DNA of 64,000 bases. Source: Lingula anatina (taxonomy: Eukaryota > Animalia > Brachiopoda). The stretch lies in the NCBI GenBank assembly GCA_051362555.1, contig CM120644.1:5650954-5714953 (forward strand). The letters run 5' to 3'. Each line of letters starts with the position of its first letter. The first letter of the stretch is position 1. The notes beneath the pieces are model-generated. The model was not told the DNA's origin. It worked only from the letters and a program-made list of their open reading frames with translations, and did no database searches. Made by a program: the position numbers and the translations under genes. Positions 42,297 to 55,685 of this stretch are shown here, one piece after another.

Positions 42297-43121
42297 CATT
42301 GTATTCATTTTAGGCACTTTTTGGAAAGAGCAAAACCCTTAATGAAAATTATGTTGCTTCATAAATTATATCTCACAACATCGACTCCGCCTATTACTTA
42401 ATGTTGTTTATCACGACATTTACTGTGCTGGAATCTAATTCGACATTCTGTTTTCTAGCTTCCCACACCGACGTCGTCCACTCCAGACAAGCAAAATATC
42501 CGTCCCTCCAAAATAACAAAAGCGTCCATAGCGCTGGATTTAAAAACGTCCAGAATAACGTCATCCACATCAAATCCCACGACAACCGGATACTCATACC
42601 AAGGTGTGGCACCAGAGGTGAAGATGGCACGCCCCTCTTACGTCAATTACGAGAGGGATAACGTAGGAAAGACGGCAGGCCTCCTGTCACAGAATGATGC
42701 CGTCATGGAAACAGAGCACGTGAGAACAGAAAACGACTTGATTGTACCACGTCATCAGGAACTTCAGGCAGGGGGCGTGTCTTCGAATTCTAAACAACCA
42801 AACTATCATGCCTTAGTTCCCTCAGAAACTGTTAATCAGAACACATTAGCAAAAAGACCAAATGTGATCAAAGAGGTTTTTACAAGATCTACAGATCACC
42901 TGAATTCTGATAAAGGTAACCAAGCGAGTATAGACAAACAACCAATGGGCAGAGATAGGACGATCAACCGGGACATTGACACTCGTAACAATGAAAAAAA
43001 CAAACAGTCCATAAAAGCTGATAATACTGATGGATCTTCAGTAGCTTCCACTACTTCTGGTGTTAACTTTGTGTTGAACGCACTGGTTTTAATGGCCGTT
43101 TTGTACGTACTATTAATTTAA
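38566..43121 (+). CDS. Secreted, probably GPI-anchored protein (about 339 aa) with a neuritin/CPG15-like six-cysteine domain and S/T-rich stalk; coding exons 38566-38626, 41622-41775, 42083-42224, 42459-43121
   Basis: All junctions are GT-AG with matching phases (1, 2, 0), totalling 1020 nt. Protein: MTSVRILGARYSLLLWSMFAGLLFNTCRG (signal-like) CPPEFQVKVFSCLFPLNQLYAQQMPSLMARSKDNRARELQLCREYSQTQSCLRDALVGCNVNFAHNYLLSIRLHFETNSSMGLFLRQC RTLPTPTSSTP...DGSSVASTTSGVNFVLNALVLMAVLYVLLI*. The C-terminus has small residues then a terminal hydrophobic run with no cytoplasmic tail, as in GPI signals. An acceptor at 38533 implies a further upstream non-coding exon. Confidence 0.8.
40390..40616. mobile_element. 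Degenerate MITE with about 60-bp imperfect terminal inverted repeats (intron 1 of the neuritin-like gene)
   Basis: Left arm AAGCCCCCTATACACCGGACTTGCAACCGCTTGAAGAAC; reverse complement of the right arm AAGCACCCGTTTACAACAAACTTGAAACCGCTTGCGAGAAC. A partial related end lies near 33611-33650. Confidence 0.5.
41481..41531. repeat. (ATT)n microsatellite
   Basis: Directly visible. It explains the poly-I and poly-Y ORFs in the track. Confidence 0.95.
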
Positions 43122-44958
43122 TATGTAATCATGATTGACATTGTGAATAGACTGTTCAATAGACTGAGGGTCACGTAAAGTGTTTTATAATAATTATCAT
43201 CGTTAATTTCCGACTTTCTTATTTATTTTTTTATAAATATTATTATTTTGTAAAACTAAAATTGTTGAGCGTTATATTTAGAGCCGTCACCTTCTTCAAA
43301 ATATAGATGGCTCTTTATGTTCCACATTTCACAGTGCTCTTCATAATGACGTTTCATTCAAAAAACTTCTTTTTCATTAGGAAGATATTATTTATACTTG
43401 AATCGGACATGTAGCACACTTTTATACACAAATTAAATTTATTTTTGTAAAAAAAGTGTTTATGTGATCAGGTTCAAGTGCAGTGAAACCCTCACATCGG
43501 GTTATAGAGGCTCCATTTCCTCTAAACAAGGTCCCGGTCTTAAAAAACGGGCAATGCACTCAGTGACCGTAGTCCTCCGCCAAGGCAGCTCAATTTTCAT
43601 CGTTATTAATAATGGATCAACAACAAAATCTTATCGATTTTAAGTTACTCAATTTAGACATTTCAAATATTTTATAAACGTATTATCTTTTGAGTTAAAC
43701 TGATAATTAACAAACCCAAAATGACATTGTTCAAATTAGTTCTGTAAAACAAGAACACGTTAAACTCTTCCATTCCACACACAAGAATGACACAAAAAAC
43801 AAAACATTGTGAAAACTGACAGTATGGATTTTCTTTAAAGACGTTTATTATTTTTCTTCTCTGACATAAGAATTACATAAATACAATCATTTCTGAAACT
43901 GTTTCTTGCCTCATCGCAAATAGTTCTTCTTACACGGAGAAGGCAATGGATATAACACAGTGTGCTTGGTAACAGGTAAATGCACACAGTTTACCGTCCA
44001 ATCAAGGATTTTGCTAAGAGGCAAGGGGTTTCCCTCCCTTTGTTTCGAAAATATAAAACATTTGACAAGAGCCATGTTACTATAACATGGGCATAGGGAT
44101 GAGAAAAAACAACTGTTTTTTGTTTTTTTTTTTTTTTTTTTTGTTTTGTTTTTTTTTTTCGTATCATTTCTTTTGCAGATTTTGGAGAAGAAAGGGGCGG
44201 TTCCTTCAAAGTTAAGGCAGGGAAAACGTGCCTGCTGTCCTCCCTTCTATCCACCGTTGCATATTGATTTACTGTTATGTTTTCTTCACATCTAAATAAC
44301 AAACTCATAGTTCTAACCGTCAGTAGATGATTTATTATAAGAACTACCAATATAAAAGTACTAAAATGTTCTACCAAATGCTAAACCCATGGAAACCTAA
44401 ATGTATTAATGTATGTATCAATTTGTTAAATCCCTTTCAGTTTATATACGTAAACCACATTTTTAAAGGTTAAAAAAGTACAGATTTGTCTATTGTGACC
44501 ACGATTCATCAACAAAAGAAATTTCTTTTGTGTTTGACGTCATCAGTTTACTGAAAAGCTGACGTCATTGTCGATCTAAATATGGTCGTCCCCAATTTTA
44601 AGAAATCTAAATTAAGAAGTGTCCACATATTTTATCGCTGATTCACGTGCATGAGATGTATTTTTAGCTCAATTGTTTGCAGTTGCTTGGATAAAATCCA
44701 GCTTTCAAAAATAATGCTGGGAGCCACAATTTTTCATGCGGTTAACAGATTTTTCAAGACCACAAGATCGAGGACTTATGACCTGTTCTTAAAATATTGG
44801 TACTTAAGCCTCTGGTACTCAAAATCTCTTGCCACTGCACATAAAACACCACTTTAACACCCCAAATATGAGAACAGGAGCACATAAGGAAAGTACGGGC
44901 AAACTTGGTATTTTCTTATCATCACTGGATTGTAATTCTTTCCGGAAAAATTCTTCTC

Positions 44959-46368
44959 TCACATCGATTTCACTTTCATCATTTTCATCTTGGGTTGTTT
45001 TCTCTTCATCTCTCGGCGGTTCTCTCTCTCCTAAAAAAGAAAAGAAAATTATTTCCAAAAGCTGTTCAATGAGACCTAGTCTCCATACACCCTCCACCAG
45101 AACCGCAAAAAGATTTTTTTCACTAGATATAAGCAGATATTTTTCTGTTTTTTTTTCTGTGCGCATTTCTGTCAAGAGAGAATTGCTGCACAGATTGACG
45201 TCATCATTCTGCTGGCCTCTTGTACGGAATAAAAATTAGGGTAGGAAGGGTACACACATAATACCAAATAAACATTCATCTAAGCTGCCTGCATGTGCTT
45301 TGTGATACTAGAGAAAGGGACAACAAGAACAGGAGCAAACTGCAATCATCAGAGGTCCTTACGCATAGAAAAACCAGAGCTCCTGAAAGTAAATGGGGGG
45401 GATGAACATTAATAGCATGGTCAAAAATACATGGTGACAAGGATTCCACTTTTCAATGCACTAAACTCTGCACCACCCTACTACAAGAAGTCAGTGGAAT
45501 GATAAAATTGATTCCATCAAAAATATCATGGTGGATACAATACATGAAAATGTAGAAAATTATACTGAGACATATCTTTGAATATCTAGCGAAAAATCAA
45601 TTTGTGGCCCCTGTAGAGTGTAGCATCACCCTGAATTTCAAAGATAACTACAACCTCCCCATAACCAGCATGATGTTCCTGTAATTACCAGAGGCAAGTT
45701 TGCAGGTATCTCTCAAACTCAGCAGGCCTGTAGCTAGGGAGGTACAGGGGGTTCCAAAGCCCCCTTTCCTTTAGATGAGAAAAGGTCCCCTCTGGGTAAA
45801 ATTTTATGTAGGCACATATAGGTTTTTTAGAAAAGAATACCCCCCCCCCCATCTTTGAAATTGCCGGCTACAGGGTGCATTATAAATGATTAATCAGTAT
45901 CTTTATTTCTGCACCCACCTCTTCCCCTGAACAGCCCCTGGATGTGACACCTTTGATGTGGTTGTTATCCTAGGAGCAAGTTGAACCATAACAATGACAA
46001 ATACCCACCCCTCCTTGGCCTTTTCCCCTCACCTCTCACCTGGTAACACATAAAACATTTCCCCCAGAGTAACAAGTGCTTGCTTTTACAGGGGTTTGTA
46101 TCAGCAGAGAGAGCTAAAGCCTGATAATTGGTCTTCATGTTTAAGATGGATATATCAGTCTATTTTGAACCAAGGTTTAAATCGGTAGTGGTCCAATTAG
46201 TTTGAATAATGTGTCTGTTTAATGAAGAATGAGGGTTAGTGCTTAAAAACAATGCTACTATGAATTTATCTTGAAACGAAGTAAATCAAAATTTTAGTTT
46301 AAAAGTTAAGATCGATTTTCAGTCTTTGGTGTAACTGGTGTACGGGCTTCACGCAAAATAAATAAATA

Positions 46369-46404
<36 letters not shown>

Positions 46405-47948
46405 AAAATACTGGAGTGACACACTAATATCATTATGAAAATTGTCCAAATTGATTTCATACATTTCCCAGAACTATGCTTAGTTTGTACTTTCCCAAAA
46501 AGATGATAAAAAGTTCACAAAAAATCAGTTGGGTGCAGGTCATAACGTTTTTTTCTTAAACTTTCTGAAACAAACCCCTTTTTTAATTTTACTAAAATAC
46601 ACTTTTATTATTATCATTACTTATTTTAAACTGGGGGGGGGGGGGGGGGGGTATTTTGCATTATTCAGAAAAGCAATGACAAAAAAGAAACAAATGATCC
46701 ATTCTATTTTCCTTTCACTTGTTAATCATTTACTGCCACAGGACAATGATATTTTTCCCCTCCTTACAAAAAGAAAAAACAGCACTGTGGTTTGAGTTAC
46801 TAGTGCTTTCCCATGTAACAGCACAGGTAGGTGTGCAAACATGGAGACTATAGACTATTTGTCATCCTAATGTTTCAGAAGACAACAGAAAAAACTATAA
46901 ATATGCTAAAAGTAGACACAAATGGACAAGTGGAGAACCCCGGGCTAAACATTTTGCTTGGCATATGAGGTCATCACTGACGTCTTACTTATTGAGTCTG
47001 AGTGCACTTATGTCTTATTTATCAACTGCCTTGTGTCCAATTCATGCTTTCTAATTCAAAGATTTATCAACAGGGGAAAAAAGTGAATTTTTAGAAATAT
47101 GAAAAAAAATTTGAAAAAAAAAAAATTATATGCCACAGCCACACAGCTGTATATGGGGGGCTGGTGTACATAAGTATTTTTAAATGCCTAGACATCAAAG
47201 CTTGACATTAAATCTATGAAATAGAAAAAAAATGTTTACCCATGTTATTGTTTCCCCTCATAACATATTCCAAGAAAAGTATTACATCCAAAATACAAAA
47301 CTATTTTTATAATTTCCAGAATTTTCTCTTTGAATTTGTTACATTCCTTTAAGCCATGGTGGCCTTATATTCATGTCATTAAAGATAAACAGCCTAAATT
47401 TCACTTCTCACTGACTTTTAATCAACAAATGATTTCAACAATAAAATGTCTGGATTCCTCAGATCCTGCTGTGTTAATGCTAGTTAGCACTTTACTGTGA
47501 TTTTAATGTAGTTATTGAGGAAAACTTGTTTGTTTTCTTTTTCTTCAAATTTTCATGACTTCAATTTTCTAAGAAATCTGAATGTTTTGACAATATTTGG
47601 AGCAGACATTTCACGTGGGAAAGTGACCAGGTTACTGTAAACACTGGTGGCTATTATGAGGACAGGGCCAGGAAACAACAGTTTTATTGTTTGAATAATT
47701 AAATTTCTTACATATAAAAATGTAGGTTTGGTCAGAAATGGGCTTATGGTGTGCTACATAAATTTGTCTTAAAACCTCCATCAGACACAACATTATAGTT
47801 ACTGCATATACTGATGGAACAGTGATCAATACATACTGGAAAAGTGCTCAAGACTTCAGTAGAAATATCCTCTCAATTAATCTCATTTCTTTGCATGTTT
47901 TTGTTATAGCTTTTGTGTCTTGAACCCAAAAGCTGTAGAGTTTCTCTG

Positions 47949-47989
<41 letters not shown>

Positions 47990-50900
47990 TATTATTACTG
48001 CTACATTCATAATAAATATTTACTGACGCATTCCCTAAAAAAGCTCAATTTGCCTTATACAAAGATTGAACATTAAAAAAGAAAATGAAAATAAAATCAA
48101 CAATTAAATGAACACATAACATTCCATCATTTATTTAAAAAATAAAAATAAGATAAAAAAAGGTGCTCCTACCTCCAGCTTTCTCTGCTTATCAGGATCT
48201 TCTTCATTCATGATGCGTTCCTTTTCCGTACGTCTCTTCTCCTCTCTCCTTAGCTGGGCGGCCTCCTGTCGCTGGGAGTGGGTCTGCTTCAGGTACGACT
48301 CGTGCATGCGCTGGCGATTCTTCTCAGCCTTCATCTTGGCCTATTAAATGAAGAAGAACTTTTTAACTTTTTTTAGTTGAGGTGGTGGGAGTCATAAAAA
48401 TTGATAAAATTGTTTAAAAAAAACTATTTAACACAACCAGAAGCTGTTGTTTTATTTGCTAGAAAATTAGAAATAGAAGATTTACATAAAATAAAGTGTT
48501 GCGTATGTTAAGAAAAATACACAATTAAATAGTGTGTGTGTTTAAAAAATTAGTCTGAATTATTGTTTTAATAAGGAACTTTCATAAAAATCAAAAAAAA
48601 GGAAAAAAATGCAAGAACCAAAGCCCCGCAGCTCCATATGTGGAGTCTGGTGGCATTAATATAATTCCTGCATAAAATAAACCAGATTTCTGAATAAATC
48701 CAGGAGACTTTCATCTCTAAGACAGAAAGTATTTATTTGTCTGCAATTTTAATTGTGGGCCAGATAAATCATAAACCTGACTAAAGCATTAGAAATGGGA
48801 CTAGTGAAAGTTTATCATTTCACCAACAGAAAACTTCCATTCAAGACATAGAGATAAATGCCATTCAGTGCAAATGTCTGAAAATATGGCATGGGGTCCA
48901 GGGGGGTCTTCTGCATCAATCTCAAATATGATATTTTTGGTTCCCATTTGGAAAAAAATCTCATTACTAATGACAACCTGAAAATTCTGCCAAATTTGAA
49001 TCAGTATTTCTGCAGACCGCCTGCGCAGGCAGATATGATAACAAGCTGCGCAGCGGTCACTTGTGGTCAGTTCATGGTCATTGGACACAGGGGGGATACC
49101 CACCTCCTTGGTCAGTTTAATCCTCTTGACCTTATCAATGCAGTGGATGACCAGCTGAAGAAGCTCTTTCATTCCGTCCATGTCTTCCACAGTTGTACGT
49201 CCTTTGTCACCAACTGGAGGAAAAAAAGAGGTTTTTCTTAATGCTGATCACACTTTTTCAAGAATAGACAATACATCTATAAATCATAAATGTCAACCAG
49301 CAATTTGTAGTTTATGGTTAAAATTTATCTTCTATTCGAGTCGACCTTCATCTAAATTATATTTTCAAAGCAAAACAAAACCCTAGTCATCTTTGGGATC
49401 CTTAAAAGTGCCCCAAATTAATTTTTTCTAATAAGACAGATTGTCTAGTCTCCATATGCTCCATGTGATGTAAATTATAAATGAAATATAATAAACATAT
49501 AATAAAAATGAAAATAAAAAAATGTCCATCCAAAATGGAAACCGGGAGTCCAAAAGGACAGCTGAAAAGTTGCCTGGTTAAAGACATGTGCCATACACTA
49601 ACTAATTTTCTTCTCTGAAACTTGGTAACTCACCATTGAAGCAAAACAGAAGCACCTTCTTGGTTTCTGGGAGGGTGGTTGGGGTGTCTTGACTAAAAGA
49701 GAGAGAGTGTGAAAAATCTGTACCGATTGCTTTCTTGCTCATCTAACACAATTGGCTTCCAAATTTGTCATGATATAATTAAAATTTTCTTTTTCCCCAG
49801 ACATTAAGAAATATTAACTTGCAGTAGTTTGCCTTATTAGTTCATTCTGCAAGGGATGTATATTGAGCACTCCACATGCAAAACTAACACATCCAAAAAT
49901 ATCTAGGAATAAAAGAAATTAAGTGTTGTAAAAAAAAAATTCAAACTTATCCCAAAGAGTACTGACTCAATAAAAATGTTAAGTGCCCACTTGAATGATA
50001 TCTTAGTACTCACTCTTGCTGCTTGGGGCCAGAGTACTGATCTGAGAAGTGGATGAACTCAATATTGCTCTCATATCTGTTCAACACAGCACAAAACTGA
50101 AAAGGAAAATATCAACATGATAAGTTTATTAATTATATAGATTATTGGAAACAGAGTTACAACAACCGGAGATCAAAGTGGAACTTTTAAAAAATCTTGA
50201 TAATGCAAGCATTGCAGGTACACGGGGAGGTAGGGGCTTACAGGACATGGAATAAAAGCAGACATGGTGGCCAAGAACTGAATAAATGTTACTTGGCCTG
50301 CTTCGATTTCATATTGACATTTGGCATGGCTCTAGTCAGTGTTTTTCTCTTTAGCAATTTAGTTCAGCAATTTTGAAAAGTAGCTGGCTCAAATGTCTGC
50401 CGGGTGGGAAAACTTCTCAGCCCGTTCTGAAAGTTGTCAGCCCCGGGCAGACGGTCCAGCCTTAATTTCTAACACTGGCTCTAGTGTTTATGTGGCAGAC
50501 TGGATGCTACTTACAGTCTTGTCAAATACAGCAGATGTGGCCTCTCCTATCTCACTCAGTACTTGCAGGGACGGGGGGATATTCCCTTTATCAATACCTT
50601 TCTTCTCAGCACAGAAAAAGTTCTAAAATGAAAATAAAGATATTCAACTGTTAGACCACATAATGCTTTATATAAAAATGAGTTGTCAAATGAAAATAAT
50701 TACGCCTGGTTTTATGTATTTAATATTCATCTTACTATTCAAAATTTAATTTCACATGACATTGGGGAAAAAATACCCAGTTCAAAAGGGTGTGTATTTT
50801 CTTTTAATCCAGTGGCAAAAAATATTCCACTTTGGTTTAAATAGATTAACATAATTTTTATTTTAGTGAAGTTGGCAAATATATTGTAAGCTTTAGTGTC

Positions 50901-53900
50901 TCACCCAAAAAGCATTACTTGAGACAACATAAAGTTGTATTGTTAGTTAAAATAAAGTGGATGAGAGAGAGAGAGAGAGAGAGAAGACAGCTCCACACCT
51001 ACCAGATCTGTCTGCTCTTTCAACAGCTTGGAAGCCACCTTCTTCTGAGCAACAGCAAACACAAAACTATCCATCTCTGTCTCTTCCATGGTAACTTTTA
51101 TCAACTGGAACATTAATCACTAAACTAGAATATAAAATATCACCAAAAACAAACAAAAAACCATCCGTATCTATCTCTTTCATCATGACTTTTATCAAAT
51201 GGAATAAAAAACAACAAAACAGATCACAAAATATCATAACAGCAACATTAGGTTCAAGTTGATACTGACACTAAAATAATTATCATGAGCATTCATACAC
51301 TGGTACTGGTAGGCCAAAATCTAAGTCCCTCAAGAAGTTGTGGTTAACATGATAACTTACACATTATGTTTGTCTTACAAATTAACATCATGGAGCTATC
51401 ATTAACTTTCACACCAAATGTATTAAATCACTAGAAATTTGACTATATTTCCAAATTAGGATAAAGGAAAGATCTGTACTAAGAATGTACTTCATATTTT
51501 CAGGACTTCTCACAACAAAAATGTACAACATAACTGTCAGATGTCATAAACATTAGCCACTAGCCTCCAGTGATTATCTGAATACTGCTACTTACTATCT
51601 GATCCGACTTTGGGCTCAACATCCGCGATATCGTATTGATGAGATCTTGGCGTTTTAATAATTTCAGCTCCACTAACATTCCTTCACAGCACACTCTTCC
51701 ACTACACCAGAGGGAGTAAGTGTGCTCAGACTCCTTTAATAGGTGGTTCTCTGTGGGTTCCTTGGACTGGCCGTCATCACCTGGTGGATAGAGAGAACAA
51801 AATATAAAATCTTCACGTACTTTGTTACAAACTAACAATTAGGAAGGCATGTACCCTTAGCAATGATAGCGCATGACTGAATCTACATGTTTAAAGGTGA
51901 AAGAAAGAAAGACAACTGAAAACACAATAAAGTAAGCAACTGTAAATCTAGCTGCAGCCATGCTTGTTAAATATGACACATTTTGAAAAAAAAAATACAT
52001 TGCTCCTCATTCACCATCATATCAATTTTGTCTGACTTGAGAAGTACATTATTCACATGTTACACTACCAGTAACTATTAAATATCAAGCTAATGAAACT
52101 GTTCTCTCATAAATCAACATTCATTTTCCCCACACCTACCCACTATACTGAACTCTTTATGCAGCAACTCTTTGTGTGCGTCAAACCATGCCGTGGCCAG
52201 TTTACTGTTCTTGGTCTTCCCTGCAATAAAGTTTAGGAAGTAGACAGCCAGTCCTGCCAACATCAGCATTTCCAGGTAGAAACTGTCCCAGTTGGTTCTC
52301 AGGTGAAGGGGAATCTGAAGAAAATATATCAAAATAAATCAGCAAACCAAAACACATTTAAATGAAAATTTCCTGCCACTGATGCTTATTATCATTGTAG
52401 AAAGATGAATGCAACTATAAAAAATAATAAAAAAGTAAAAAATGTTATCTGATTAAGTACATCAGAGGGGTAAAACACCTTTTAAAAAAAGATATATCCT
52501 GTCATTAAATTTAATCCACATCATCATTAAAGGACTATTAATACAACTATAAAAACAAATTTGAAAAAAGAGGTAATTTGATTAAACTGCTTTATTAAAA
52601 TGTTGTTTTACAATTTTTTTTTTATTTTATTTTTATTTTTATTTTTTTTTTGGGGGGGGGCACCATGGTAGTTTCTTGGAGACAGGACATTTCACTCACT
52701 CTGTGAAGCAATAGTATCTAAAGCCAGAATCACCTTTGTTATTTCCAAGGGGGGCGGAGTCTGATCCTTCCCCTTCCTCAGGTTGACTGTGTCTTGGTCA
52801 ATGCCTTCAAATTCCTCATCATCCAAATGCTCAAACTCATCCTCATCCTGTTGAAAAAAAAAATACCACAAAAATAATATTTTTCATGTTCTAATCTCAA
52901 AATTGAAAATGTAATAACTAGGAATGCTGAGAACAGTTTAAGCTTTGACAGGACCTGGCTTCTTAAAATTCACAAAAAAAAATAAATTACAAAAGAAAAT
53001 CAAACATAACATATTTTTGCCTGCGGTGGAGAAACCAAGACCAGAACTGAACTACACACAGGATTACTACGATACAATTCACCTAAGAAATCTAACTGCA
53101 AATGTTATAAAGGTTATTATTCATTATGCTAAAATTTACGGGGTAATCTTAGAGAGTGGGAAGACATGGCAATGTTTTGAAAGGCATAGCTGGAAGAAAT
53201 CGGGAATTTACAGATAAACACATAGACACCTAGTAAATGACAGCTCATACTACTCTTCTCTACTCTACATGGATGCCTTTTTAAGGTTATTTACAAAGGA
53301 CAACAAGTGATTTACAACCTCCTGAAATTTACCTCTACAACTCCGTCTTCCTCCTCGTCGTCATCAACTGGTGCCATGACAACCTTCTTGGGCTGTTCTC
53401 CAAACTGTTTTTGCTGTTGCTGTTGTTGCTGTTGTTGTTGCTGCTGAGGTGGCTGTTCAAAGGCTGCCTCTTCTGCAATAGATATCATCAGAGCAATTAT
53501 TGCTGAAGCACAGTTAAATAAAATAGTATGGTGTTCACTTTCATCAGAGCTATCATATAAAACTGTGTAACTATGCACCATGGTTCCCTGAGTACAAAGA
53601 ATAGAGCAAGGCACAGCCCTTTCTTTTCCACTAAAAATAAAGTGTTTTAAGTCAGAAAAAGCAATGACTGCAATCCTTAAAGGGAAGATTAGAGGAGCTA
53701 ACTGAGGAAACAAATTAAAGTCTTGCAAATTAATTCCTCCATTTTACATCAATCTCTGCGATATGACCATTATCTATATTACTTTTCAAATTGTCTTTGC
53801 TGAGATATCAGGTCAACTGCTGACTTCCATGATTTCTTTGTGAACAAAAAGCAATAATCTGATTAAAAGACATTTTCAAGATTTTTTTTTCAAATTCCAA

Positions 53901-54099
53901 AACACTCCCTTACACATTCTAAACTTAAGCACTACAGAATCTTATGCTTTTATAATCATAAATGTTACAGGTTACCTTCATCTATTTCTTCAAATTCAGC
54001 AAAGTCATTATCATCCAGATCGGCACCATGGGGATTGGCTTGTCCTGCCCACACAGAGGGCAGCACTAGCAGTAGGCCCAGTAATATAGTGACCTTCAT
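44959..54099 (-). CDS. CCDC47: PAT complex subunit CCDC47 (calumin), about 479 aa; coding exons 54099-53976, 53472-53333, 52847-52734, 52314-52140, 51780-51596, 51104-51003, 50622-50515, 50096-50014, 49692-49634, 49213-49104, 48340-48173, 45030-44959
   Basis: 12 exons with GT-AG ends and consistent phases, totalling 1440 nt. Signal peptide [18 protein letters not shown], acidic lumenal region ([17 protein letters not shown]), TM segment in [35 protein letters not shown], then [33 protein letters not shown], the coiled coil [14 protein letters not shown]...[11 protein letters not shown] and C-terminal [10 protein letters not shown]. All are recognisable CCDC47 motifs. Confidence 0.95.
45723..45877 (+). 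mobile_element. MITE family B, degenerate copy (last intron of CCDC47)
   Basis: Ends CAGGCCTGTAGCTAGG ... CCGGCTACAGGGTG. Internal AAAAGGTCCCCTCTGGGTAAAATTT is shared with the copy at 62890. Confidence 0.65.
47949..47988. repeat. (AAT)n microsatellite
   Basis: Directly visible. Confidence 0.9.
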
Positions 54100-54847
54100 T
54101 TTTAAAAGGCAGCTGAAAGATAAAATGTTAGTCTTGAAAGTCAAATTATGCACTAGTTACTAAGTACATTTTTACATTAATCAATGAAGTTATTTTCATC
54201 TAACTTGTCTGTTTTTTTTTTTTTTTCTGTATTTATATTCAACTTTTCTATAAGGTCGAAATGCATCATTTTTAAAACAAGGCACTTAAAATAGTGAAAT
54301 TATCAGTTTAAAAATATTATTTTTCCATGTGATCATTTGGAGGAAGTATTAATGTACAGTGTATGCACAAATTAAGCAGCATCTTCACATTTACTATGCC
54401 AGTACGCATTACAGTATTTGTTGAAGGTAAATTTTTGAGGTTAGTCCAGACAATATAAAAACAGAAAACCTGTAACTAAATAAGAGACTCTACTAGACTA
54501 CTATCTAGAGGGCGATTTTTTCAGACTCGCTGAAATATTTTTTATCTAACTGTAGTATAGTACAGCATCTTCAGTGTACTACTGCAATCTGATCACATTT
54601 TGGGCTAGGTTCTATTACTTGGTTTGACTACAGCTCCGTCATCATGCCCCCAAGTCAGAAGTGAAAGACGATAGTTCTTGCTAAAAATACTCGGCAATCA
54701 CATCGAAAAGTACCCTGGATGGGCATTTCCTACAAATCATCATAGCAAACAACACATTTTACTTGTAACCACAATCCTTTTTTAACAAATTTCGTAAATA
54801 TATGACAAAATAACTAAGTATTTGTGAAGAAAAGGACTACTACCTAC

Positions 54848-54890
54848 CGGCTGCACCACGCACAAAGCCTCTTTATCACAAAAGGTCAAG
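54848..54890 (-). other. Possible non-coding first exon of CCDC47
   Basis: Minus-strand donor CCG|GTAGGT at 54848/54847. The ATG exon has an acceptor at 54113-54115, so an upstream exon is required. The 5' end is a guess near a pyrimidine-rich CCTTTT motif. Confidence 0.4.
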
Positions 54891-55012
54891 GTCGTTTTGG
54901 TTACAGCAATCATATGCTGGCACCGCTATCGCATTTTTTAAATTGTGCTATATTCGTCCCATCATTTACTTGGGAAGATTTTCCTTCTCAACCCAGAAAA
55001 ATATATCTTAAC

Positions 55013-55047
55013 AAATAAATAAATAAATAATTAAATAAATAAATAGA

Positions 55048-55082
<35 letters not shown>

Positions 55083-55084
55083 AT
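55013..55084. repeat. (AAAT)n microsatellite
   Basis: Directly visible, slightly interrupted. Confidence 0.9.
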
Positions 55085-55685
55085 ATAAAAGAGGAATGAC
55101 GAGTGAAAACCAAAAAGGCAAAATAAAGTGGTTTTTCCTATAGATACGTTTGTGCTATAAGTATAGTCACATATACAGTACATATAAGGCTAGATATCAA
55201 TATTAGGATATCTTGGAGCTTGCACAAACTCCACCCAGCCAGTGTGTATGGGAACTGTGTTGTAAAACCAGTGAAAAAATTGCAACTGGCTATATCGTTG
55301 TGCGATAGGCTATACAGAATATTGAATACATGTAGGCCTATTATAAGTCGCTTGTCGCGTTTCCTTTCAAATCGTACTAAAGTAACTACATTCAGTCAAG
55401 TTATATTGGGTCCAGAAATTCAGCACTCGATCAGTTCTAAAATGCATCAAGTATATTATTCAACCACATTTTTACTATTTATTTAAGTGATTAATATATA
55501 AATATATGAACCATCATTTTATTGGACTATTGTTTTATATTTAGAGCATTCATATTGAATAACGAACTCGAAAAAAAACTCACCTTTTATAAGTTTTAAT
55601 TATTTAATCAAAGTTTTATCATCATGGGAGTATTATTTTTCAATATTTATATTCGGTGACACAGTTATCTGATGTATATGTACAA

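Noticed and set aside
42606-43121. Stand-alone 171-aa ORF
   Set aside because: It begins at a GTG inside a longer exon starting at 42459, and is the last exon of the neuritin-like gene.
44819-45239. ORFs of 118 aa (-) and 136 aa (+)
   Set aside because: They overlap the true last CCDC47 exon (45030-44959), which is read in a different frame ([23 protein letters not shown]).
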